A DNA stretch of 64,000 bases from an uncultured Candidatus Binatia bacterium. Its GTDB lineage: Bacteria; Desulfobacterota; Binatia; Bin18. The number at the start of each line of letters is the position of its first letter. Positions within the stretch are counted from its first letter, which is position 1. The DNA lies in NCBI GenBank assembly GCA_965200965.1, contig OZ241744.1, positions 1,632,001-1,696,000 on the forward strand, in the 5' to 3' direction. The position numbers were made by a program, and so were the translations under genes. A model generated the notes under the pieces. The model searched no databases. It was not told where the DNA came from and worked only from the letters and a program-made list of their open reading frames with translations. Below are positions 10,508 to 18,532 of this stretch, in pieces.

Positions 10508-10927
10508 ATGATGTGCCTGATTCTGGACACGAATATGTACGGCCTGTTTCTCGTTCCAGACAATAAAGATATGGAACCCGTGAGGAATTGGGTAGACAGC
10601 AAGAACGGGAAAATTGCCTATTCACCAGCCGGTAAAATAAAGGATGAATTAGAGAAGTACCCGAAAATGAGAAAGCGTTTTGAGGTATACAGCCGGGACG
10701 GAAAACTCAAAAACTGCCGCCCGGAATATGTTGAGCAGAAGAAAGCAAAACTGTCACAATTGTGCTCGGATGACCCATATATCCTTGCTCTGGCTCAGGT
10801 CAGCAGGGCTGGCTTGTTGGTCTCTGCCGATAAGAAGCTCCACACCGATTTCAAGCAAATCGTTGGAGGCAAAGTTTACCAAACCAGGAAGCATACACAC
10901 CTGCTCAAGAAAGATCTCTGCCCATAA
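10508..10927 (+). CDS. PIN-domain-like protein
   Basis: ILDTN, DELE, SDDPYILALA and LLVSADKKL match the PIN acidic-residue pattern. ATG lies 7 nt after the ATPase stop. Confidence 0.7.
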   Translation: MMCLILDTNMYGLFLVPDNKDMEPVRNWVDSKNGKIAYSPAGKIKDELEKYPKMRKRFEVYSRDGKLKNCRPEYVEQKKAKLSQLCSDDPYILALAQVSRAGLLVSADKKLHTDFKQIVGGKVYQTRKHTHLLKKDLCP

Positions 10928-10952
10928 ACCCGGCTGACCGTGGAGTTTGACT

Positions 10953-13637
10953 ATGGCCCTCCACCCCGACTTTCCCGATTCCCCCCACGCGATTCTCGAC
11001 CCGGAGCTTCGCTGGTTTCCTGCGGACGAAACCCTGCGGGAGAGCAGTGCCGAAAAGCTGATGCCGCCGCTGGTGGCCGAGCTTCGGCGTCAGGTGCAGG
11101 CGTTCCGCACCGGCGCTTATGCCGGCGCACGCCCGACAAGCAGGAGCCTGCTCAACTGGTGGTTTGAGGAACCCCATCTGCTGGAGCATGCCGATGGCAG
11201 CACCGCGGAGTTCCGGTACTTTTTTGCCCAGCGGGAAGCGGTCGAGACGATTATCTACCTGTGCGACGTGGTCGGCCTCAGAGACACATACGACCTGATG
11301 CGCTTCGACAGCAGCGGCGCGGTTTCTACCGGCATGTTTGACGAGACCTGGCGACGCTTTGTGGTCAAAATGGCGACCGGCACCGGCAAGACCAAGGTGC
11401 TGAGTCTCGTGCTGGCCTGGAGCTATTTTCACAAGCTCTACGAGCCGGATTCCAAGCTGGCCCGCAATTTTCTGGTCATTGCGCCGAACATCATTGTCCT
11501 GGACCGCATTTACAAGGACTTCCAGGGCTTGCGCATCTTCTTCGCCGACCCGGTCATCCCCGACAACAGCTTTGGCGGTCGCAACTGGCGAGACGATTTT
11601 CAGCTGACCCTGCACCGGCAAGACGAGGTGCGGGTGACGCGGCCCACCGGCAACATCTTTCTGACCAATATCCACCGCGTCTATGCCGGCGACGACGCGC
11701 CAGCCTCCCCGGACGACGAGAACAGCACGGACTATTTTCTAGGCACACGGCCGACCGGCGCAACAACCGACTCGAAGGTGGACCTGGGCATGATCGTCCG
11801 GGACATTGACGAACTGGCCGTCCTGAATGACGAAGCGCACCACATCCACGACAGGACGCTGGCCTGGTTCAAGTCCATTGAAGATATCCACAACCGTCTC
11901 AGGCACAAGGGGACAGCCCTGTCTTTGCAGGTGGATGTGACCGCCACACCCAAACACCACAACGGGGCGCTCTTCGTGCAGACCGTAGCCGATTATGCGC
12001 TGGTTGAAGCCATTGCCCAGAACATCGTCAAGCATCCGGTCCTGCCCGACGCCCCAAGCCGGGCCAAGCTGCTTGAACAGCAGAGCACCAAGTACACCGA
12101 AAAATACGCCGACTACATTGATCTCGGCGTAATCGAGTGGCGGAAGGCGTATGCCGAGCACGAGAAGCTGGGCAAAAAGGCCATTCTCTTCGTGATGACA
12201 GACGACACCAGGAACTGCGATGAGGTCGCCACCTATCTGGAAGGCCGCTACCCCGACCTGAAAAACGCCGTTCTGGTCATTCACACCAAGAAAAACGGCG
12301 AGATTTCCGAGGCCCAGACCGGTAGAGCCAAAGAAGAGATGCAAAAACTGCGTGAACTGTCGAACACCATTGACGCGCCGGACAGCCCCTACAAGGCGAT
12401 TGTCTCGGTGCTTGTGCTCAAGGAGGGCTGGGATGTGCGCAACGTGACGACCATTGTCGGCCTGCGCGCCTATTCGGCCACGAGCAACATCCTGCCCGAA
12501 CAGACGCTCGGCCGCGGCTTGCGAAAAATGTACGGCGGCAATGTACAGGAAAACGTCAGCGTTGTCGGCACAGACGCCTTCATGGATTTTGTGGAATCAA
12601 TCCAGGCCGAGGGCGTGGAGTTGGAACGGATGGCGATGGGCGAAGGCGCACAGTCCAGGCTACCCCTCGTCGTGGAGGTTGACACCGAAAACAACGCCAA
12701 GAACATCGAAGCCCTCGATATCGAGCTGCCCATCCTCACGCCCCGTCTCTATCGGGAATACAGGAACCTGGCCGCTCTTGACCCCAGCGCCATGCGGCCC
12801 CAGCCCGTGCCCTACCGGCAATTCAGCCAGGTCGGGCAACGCCCTATCGTCTTCAAGGATATCGTCACCGGCCAGGACGCCCATACGACACACCTCAACC
12901 CGGCCGGCGCAGCCGACTATCGCAGTGTCATCGGATATTTCACCCACACCCTTATGCAGGAATTGCGTCTGGTCAGCGGCTACGATGTTCTCTACGGCAA
13001 GCTGAAAAACTTTGTGCAGCATGACCTGTTTGGGCAGACGGTCGAACTGGCCTCGTCCACCACCCTGAGAAACCTGTCAGAACCGGCAGCCACAAAGACC
13101 CTGGTCGAAACCTTCAAGCGGGCGATCAATGCCCTGACTGTGCAAGACAAGGGCAAGGCGGAAATCCGCGATACCATCAAGCTCCGCAATACCCGGCCCT
13201 TTGTGGTCAAGGACCAAGGCTGTCTGCTGCCCAAGAAGAGTGTCTTCAACCGGATCGTCGGGGAGAGTCGCTTTGAGCTGACCTTTGCCGCTTTTCTTGA
13301 GCAATGCGACGATGTGGTGTCCTACGCCAAGAATTATCTGGCCGTCCATTTCAAGCTGGATTACGCGGCGGCTACAGACGGCGGCCTCTCTCACTACTAC
13401 CCCGATTTTCTGGTGAAGCTGAGCAACGGACAGGTCATTATCGTCGAGACCAAGGGGCGGGAAGACCTGGACGTGCCGAAAAAAATGGAGCGACTGCGGC
13501 AATGGTGTGAGGATATCAACGCGGTGCAGGCGACTGCTCCCTTTGACTTTGTCTATGTGGATGAAGACGGCTTCACCCGCTACAAACCGCAGTCGTTTGC
13601 GGAGTTGTTGGCAGGTTTTCAGGGATATAAGGGATAA
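10953..13637 (+). CDS. res: Type III R-M restriction subunit (Res; SF2 helicase plus PD-(D/E)xK nuclease)
   Basis: MATGTGKT, NDEAHH, TAT, LKEGWD, QTLGRGLR and C-terminal YYPDF...IVETKG. Confidence 0.92.
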   Translation: MALHPDFPDSPHAILDPELRWFPADETLRESSAEKLMPPLVAELRRQVQAFRTGAYAGARPTSRSLLNWWFEEPHLLEHADGSTAEFRYFFAQREAVETIIYLCDVVGLRDTYDLMRFDSSGAVSTGMFDETWRRFVVKMATGTGKTKVLSLVLAWSYFHKLYEPDSKLARNFLVIAPNIIVLDRIYKDFQGLRIFFADPVIPDNSFGGRNWRDDFQLTLHRQDEVRVTRPTGNIFLTNIHRVYAGDDAPASPDDENSTDYFLGTRPTGATTDSKVDLGMIVRDIDELAVLNDEAHHIHDRTLAWFKSIEDIHNRLRHKGTALSLQVDVTATPKHHNGALFVQTVADYALVEAIAQNIVKHPVLPDAPSRAKLLEQQSTKYTEKYADYIDLGVIEWRKAYAEHEKLGKKAILFVMTDDTRNCDEVATYLEGRYPDLKNAVLVIHTKKNGEISEAQTGRAKEEMQKLRELSNTIDAPDSPYKAIVSVLVLKEGWDVRNVTTIVGLRAYSATSNILPEQTLGRGLRKMYGGNVQENVSVVGTDAFMDFVESIQAEGVELERMAMGEGAQSRLPLVVEVDTENNAKNIEALDIELPILTPRLYREYRNLAALDPSAMRPQPVPYRQFSQVGQRPIVFKDIVTGQDAHTTHLNPAGAADYRSVIGYFTHTLMQELRLVSGYDVLYGKLKNFVQHDLFGQTVELASSTTLRNLSEPAATKTLVETFKRAINALTVQDKGKAEIRDTIKLRNTRPFVVKDQGCLLPKKSVFNRIVGESRFELTFAAFLEQCDDVVSYAKNYLAVHFKLDYAAATDGGLSHYYPDFLVKLSNGQVIIVETKGREDLDVPKKMERLRQWCEDINAVQATAPFDFVYVDEDGFTRYKPQSFAELLAGFQGYKG

Positions 13638-13685
13638 ACAGAGTCCGTCTGACTGCTCTTGGGTCAGGCGAAGCCCCGTCCCGGC

Positions 13686-15458
13686 TCACAACGGCCAGAC
13701 CCACGGAATACACAGCATAGCCACGGCGAAGATCAACAGGTCAAGCGGAATGCCGATCCTCAGAAAATCGGTAAACCGATAACCCCCCGGTCCATAGACC
13801 ATCAGATGCGTCTGATAGCTGAGTGGCGAGGCAAACGCGGCCGAGGCGGCAATCGCAATCGCGATCGCAAACGGCCGGACATCCACCCCAAACTGCTGGG
13901 CGGTCTCGGTCGCAACGGGGAACATCAGTACCGCGGCCGGGGCGTGGGAGATACATTCGGTGAAGACCAGGGTGACTAGATAGACCAGCGCCAGCACCCC
14001 CAGCGGTCCCAGCCCCTCACCAACATTGACCAGGAAAGAGGCCAGAAAACCGGCCGCCCCGGTCTTGTCCAGCGCTCTGCCAACCCCGAACGCGGCAGCG
14101 ATCAGAATCAACACCGAGACATCAACGGCCCTGCGGGTCTCGCCCACCGACAGACAGCCGCACACAATAACGGCAAACGCGGCCAGCAGCGCCGCGGTCA
14201 TCATCGGCAACACCCCAAGGGTCACGGTGGTGATGAGGACGAGCAGGGCGAGCAGGGCCGGAATGGCCTTATCGTAGCGCGGCGGCGCGCTGTTAGCGAT
14301 CTCAGACACCAGATAAAAGTCGGCCGAGTTGCGATAGGTCCGGGCAAAACCGGCCGAGGCTTCGAGCAACAGGGTATCACCGGCGCGGAGCAGAATATCG
14401 CCGATTTTTCCGCTCAGCCGGCGTCCCCCGCGATGCACGGCAACCACCGCCGCGCCGTAGCGGGTGCGGAAGTTCGCGTCTCGAATCGTCACCCCATTCA
14501 GCGGTGAGTCCTCAGACACGACCGCCTCACTCAGATTATTGCCCTCGCCGACCCGCCCGACTCCTTCGCGGTGCTCCCCGGCCGGTACCAGCCCCCGGAC
14601 CTTCTGCAAATCAACAATCGTTGACACCACCCCGGTAAAGATCAGGCGGTCGGCAACCCGAATCCGCTCTTGCGGTCCGACCGGGGAGACGACTCCCTCG
14701 GGCCGTTCGATACGCACCAGAAACAGGCCGGGCAGGTGGCGCAGCCCGGCCTGTTCAATCTGGCGGCCGACCAGAGGACACTCAGCCGTTACCTCGAGTT
14801 CAACCAGATACTCGCGGCTCGTTTCCCCCAGACTCTCCAGCAACTCCTTGCGATCGGGCAGCAGGGCGCGACCGGCAAGCACCAGAAAGCCCAGGCCGAC
14901 CAGGGCACACGGCAGCCCGACCGCGCTCAACTCAAAGAAGGCCAAGCCGGGCTGTCCGGCGCTGACCAGCAAGCCATTCACCACCAAGTTGGTAGATGTC
15001 CCGATCAGGGTACACGCCCCGCCCAGAATCGTGGCGTAGGACAGCGGAATGAGAAAGCGCGACGGTGACACATTGTGCTGCCGCGCCCAGTCAAACACGA
15101 CCGGCGTGAACATAGCCACAATCGGGGTGTTGTTCAGAAAGGCCGAGATCCCGGCGGTGGGCAGCATCAGGCGCAGCAGGGCCCGCCGGTCGCTAGTAAT
15201 CTGCCCAAACAGGCGCGTTGCCACAAAGCCCAGCGCGCCGGTCTGCCGCAGCGCACCGGCAACCACAAACAAGGCACCGATGGCGAGAATCTCCGGGTTT
15301 GAAAAACCGGCCAGCGCCTCCTGCGGCGAGAGAATACCGCTCGCCAGCAGGACGGCCAACATACCCACAAAGATCAGGTCCGGGGCCAACAGGTCCCGAA
15401 TCAGGGCACAGATACCAAAGCTCACGACCGCCAGGGTCAGCCACGCATCCCACGCCAT
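13686..15458 (-). CDS. SLC13-family (di/tricarboxylate or sulfate) permease with TrkA-C domains
   Basis: SAFLNNTP, LIGTSTN, two RCK-C repeats and YQTHLMVYGPGGYRF. Confidence 0.9.
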   Translation of the reverse strand: MAWDAWLTLAVVSFGICALIRDLLAPDLIFVGMLAVLLASGILSPQEALAGFSNPEILAIGALFVVAGALRQTGALGFVATRLFGQITSDRRALLRLMLPTAGISAFLNNTPIVAMFTPVVFDWARQHNVSPSRFLIPLSYATILGGACTLIGTSTNLVVNGLLVSAGQPGLAFFELSAVGLPCALVGLGFLVLAGRALLPDRKELLESLGETSREYLVELEVTAECPLVGRQIEQAGLRHLPGLFLVRIERPEGVVSPVGPQERIRVADRLIFTGVVSTIVDLQKVRGLVPAGEHREGVGRVGEGNNLSEAVVSEDSPLNGVTIRDANFRTRYGAAVVAVHRGGRRLSGKIGDILLRAGDTLLLEASAGFARTYRNSADFYLVSEIANSAPPRYDKAIPALLALLVLITTVTLGVLPMMTAALLAAFAVIVCGCLSVGETRRAVDVSVLILIAAAFGVGRALDKTGAAGFLASFLVNVGEGLGPLGVLALVYLVTLVFTECISHAPAAVLMFPVATETAQQFGVDVRPFAIAIAIAASAAFASPLSYQTHLMVYGPGGYRFTDFLRIGIPLDLLIFAVAMLCIPWVWPL

Positions 15459-15502
15459 AGTTCTCCGAGCGTGCAGATTTTTTTTGAGCTTGGCAAGGCC
15501 GA

Positions 15503-15985
15503 CTAGCGGCCCGGGGCATCCGGTGCCTGGTCAGAGAAACGCTTGAGCAGAATATATGGCCGGCCGCCGATGCTGAAGACTTCGGTAATCCCGCTGGTGC
15601 CGTGTTGATAGCCGAGCAGCGTTCCGGTGAACCAGATCTGTTCCCCGGTCTGCGGCAGGTCTCGGACGAGGTCCTCATCAGGGAACAGCAACAGCAGGGA
15701 GTCGATCGGCCGCGCCTCCTGCGACATGGTCCCATTGCCGATAATCGTGGTCGGCACAACCGATACGCCAAAAAAGGTAAAATAGTCAATGCGGCCGGTC
15801 TTCTCGTTACGCCGAAAAAATCGACGCGCTCGGGGAAAACGGTAGAACTCCCCGGTCAGTGTCATTTCCTGACCGACTTTTTGCTGTTGAAAGAAATCGG
15901 CAAAACACGCGGCGACTCGTCCATGCGTGGCGGCTACAAGCGTGACCAGAGCCGCACAGCCCCAGCATCTGACGAGGGATCGCAT
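15503..15985 (-). CDS. Exported hypothetical protein (possibly OB-fold)
   Basis: Signal-peptide-like N-terminus, beta-rich body, co-oriented in the operon with a GGAAG RBS. Confidence 0.6.
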   Translation of the reverse strand: MRSLVRCWGCAALVTLVAATHGRVAACFADFFQQQKVGQEMTLTGEFYRFPRARRFFRRNEKTGRIDYFTFFGVSVVPTTIIGNGTMSQEARPIDSLLLLFPDEDLVRDLPQTGEQIWFTGTLLGYQHGTSGITEVFSIGGRPYILLKRFSDQAPDAPGR

Positions 15986-16203
15986 GGCACTTCCTGGGTG
16001 CGGGTTGCAGAACAGCTACCCAGCATACGCTATTTCGGCCAGGAAGAAAAGAAATTGCGGCTGCCTTGCCAGCCGGCCTTCGTTCGGGCCACAATCTGTC
16101 AGAGGGAGGGGTGAGGATGCAGAATTGGCGGACTAGGCTGAGTCCAGTGTAGAAACAGAGGTACGATCGGAGTGCCGCCATCAGCCGAGCGTGGGGTGCG
16201 CCG

Positions 16204-17190
16204 TCAGCGCTGCCGCAGGCTGCGTAGGCGCTGCCGGGCACCGGGATAGGCCGGGTCGTAGCGCAACACCGCCCGCAGCTCAGCGGCTGCGCGTTCAAAC
16301 TGCCCCAGACGGGTATAGACCTCGGCCAACTCAAAATGCGCACGGGGGCTCTGCGGGCAGAGGCCTAAGCCCCGGTGGTAGAGCCGCGCTTTTTGGTCCA
16401 GGGAGCGGGTGGCGAAGGCGCGGTAGAAGTACGAGCGCGCCCGGCGACAGGCTGCTTCGTCGCGTCCAAACCGAGACGCCAGCGGCCGCTTGGGCGGCTC
16501 TGACAAGGCCGTGCCCAACGGGGCGGGGGCTTGGGCGTTCAGTTGGGCGGCGAGCCGCTGGAGCGTTTTGGCCCGCTCCGGGGAGGACGGATGGGACGAA
16601 AAAAAGTTGGCCGTGGCTGTTTCTGGCACTTCGTGGGCCATGCGCAGCATGACCTCGGCCCCGGCCTGGGGGTCGTAGCCGGCGGCAAACGCATAACGCA
16701 GGCCGACCGCATCAGCCTCCCGCTCCTGGTCCTGGTTATAGTGGTTCAGAAACAGGCCGCCGAGCTCGGCGGTCAACAGGCCGACGCCCGGATAGACGCT
16801 GTTGACCAGCTGGCTGGTCAGGCTGAGCAGGATGGACCTGAAAACCCCCCGGGACACATGGCCCTGGCTGAGATGGGCGATTTCATGGCCGACGATCGCG
16901 GCCAGCTCGTCGTCCGAGCGCACGAAGTTGAGCATACCGGTCGAAACAATGACGCGGCCGAACGTTGCCCCGGCGTTGATGGCCGGGTCGTCAGACACCA
17001 GGAGTTGGAACTGGGGAGGGTTGGGGATCACCGAGACCAAGCGGTCACGCACCTGTTTGAGCCGGGCGAGCTGGGCCTGGTGGACGACCTGGCCAATGGA
17101 CGGGCGGCTCTGGCCAAGGACATCCGCCACCAGCCCAACAGCGGAGGCACAGCAGAAAACGAGGCCCAGGCAGAGCCGGCCTGTCATCAT
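16204..17190 (-). CDS. M48-family zinc metalloprotease with C-terminal TPR (BepA/YfgC-like)
   Basis: INAGA, ELAAIVGHEIAH (HExxH), QEREAD, FFSSHP and a TPR helix pair. Start set at ATG 17190, just after the upstream stop at 17198. Confidence 0.88.
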   Translation of the reverse strand: MMTGRLCLGLVFCCASAVGLVADVLGQSRPSIGQVVHQAQLARLKQVRDRLVSVIPNPPQFQLLVSDDPAINAGATFGRVIVSTGMLNFVRSDDELAAIVGHEIAHLSQGHVSRGVFRSILLSLTSQLVNSVYPGVGLLTAELGGLFLNHYNQDQEREADAVGLRYAFAAGYDPQAGAEVMLRMAHEVPETATANFFSSHPSSPERAKTLQRLAAQLNAQAPAPLGTALSEPPKRPLASRFGRDEAACRRARSYFYRAFATRSLDQKARLYHRGLGLCPQSPRAHFELAEVYTRLGQFERAAAELRAVLRYDPAYPGARQRLRSLRQR

Positions 17191-17197
17191 TTTTCCA

Positions 17198-18532
17198 TCA
17201 TAGCCCTTTTTCCATACGCCTTCCAAACGGACGCTCCCCTTCCTCGCTGTAGTGCAGGGTGGCGTGCAAGCCCAGCCCCTCACGCAGATCACGGACCAGG
17301 GCGATATTATCGCTGTGGCCGGTCTGCTCGGCCGTCACTTTCCCGCGTAGTGGTCGTCCCAGCAGGTAGAGATCACCGAGCAGGTCCAGGACTTTGTGGC
17401 GGGCGAGTTCGTTGTCAAAACGCAGCGGGGGGTTAATTACGCCCTGGTCGCCGATCACAATACAGTTGTCGAGTCGCCCGCCGGTGGCTAGGCCCATCTG
17501 CTCCAGGGCCTGGACCTCTTTCAAAAAGCCAAAGGTCCGGGCCGGGGCAATCTCGGCCCCAAAGCTCCCGGCCCCGTGATGCACATAGCAGTGTTCCTGA
17601 CGGCCGACCGGAGGAGGATAGTCCAGGATATACCGGACCGAAAAATGATCGGCCGGCTCAATACGCAGCCCCTTGCCAGCTCCCCTGTCGCCCACCTGAT
17701 ACGGCCGGTTGACCGTAATGACTTCAACCGTCTCGTCCTGCTCAACGACTCCGGCTTCGTCAAGCAAGCGACAAAACTCGCGGGCCGAGCCGTCCAGAAT
17801 CGGGATTTCATCCTGCATCTTGATCATGAGATTGCTGATACCGTAGCCGTGCAGGGCGGCCATGAGATGCTCAACCGTGCGAGCCATAGCACCGTCCCGG
17901 TACAAACTTGTCGCATAGCCGGTTGATTTGACATAATCAACCGAGGCCGGAATCATCACATCGGTCAATAACGAGCCGAACACAAGCCCGCTGCCGGGTG
18001 GCAGCGGTTGCATGATCACTCCGGTCCGCACACCAGAGTGCAAGCCCTGACCGCGCAGCACAACGCTGCGCCCAATGGTCCGTGCCCGGACACACTCGCG
18101 CGGCTGCGCCCCAGCCTGACGGTTGGACGGCGGAGCGTGGTGGTAGCCTTGGACGGTGTGGTCGGCCGCTTCACGCCCAATCGCCCGATAGACCGAGCGG
18201 AGCAGGGCTTCGAGCGAAAACGGCTTTTCAATAAAATCGGTCGCCCCCAGCTGGGTCGCCCGGACCGCGGTCTCAATGGTACCGTGGCCGGAAATGACAA
18301 TGACCGGCAACTCCGGTTGCTGGGCGTTCAGTTGTTCAAGCAGGCTGATCCCGTCGAGCTGCGGCATCCAGATATCGAGAATGACCAGTCGGGGCTGGCG
18401 GCTGCGGACCAGATCAAGGGTGTGGGTGCTGTCGCCGGTGTCCAGGACCTGGAATCCCTCATCGCTCAGAATCCCGCGTAAGGTCGTCCGAATTTTTTCC
18501 TCATCATCAATCACCAGAATGGTGTCACCCAT
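17198..18532 (-). CDS. lpxC: Response-regulator receiver domain fused to UDP-3-O-acyl-GlcNAc deacetylase (REC-LpxC)
   Basis: Residues ~1-120 are an NtrX-type REC domain (VIDDE, LDIWMP, ISGHG, IEKPF). Residues ~150-420 are full-length LpxC (GQGLHSG, TVEHL, EIPILDGSA, ARTFGF, RHKVLDLLGDL, TGH). Confidence 0.92.
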   Translation of the reverse strand: MGDTILVIDDEEKIRTTLRGILSDEGFQVLDTGDSTHTLDLVRSRQPRLVILDIWMPQLDGISLLEQLNAQQPELPVIVISGHGTIETAVRATQLGATDFIEKPFSLEALLRSVYRAIGREAADHTVQGYHHAPPSNRQAGAQPRECVRARTIGRSVVLRGQGLHSGVRTGVIMQPLPPGSGLVFGSLLTDVMIPASVDYVKSTGYATSLYRDGAMARTVEHLMAALHGYGISNLMIKMQDEIPILDGSAREFCRLLDEAGVVEQDETVEVITVNRPYQVGDRGAGKGLRIEPADHFSVRYILDYPPPVGRQEHCYVHHGAGSFGAEIAPARTFGFLKEVQALEQMGLATGGRLDNCIVIGDQGVINPPLRFDNELARHKVLDLLGDLYLLGRPLRGKVTAEQTGHSDNIALVRDLREGLGLHATLHYSEEGERPFGRRMEKGL

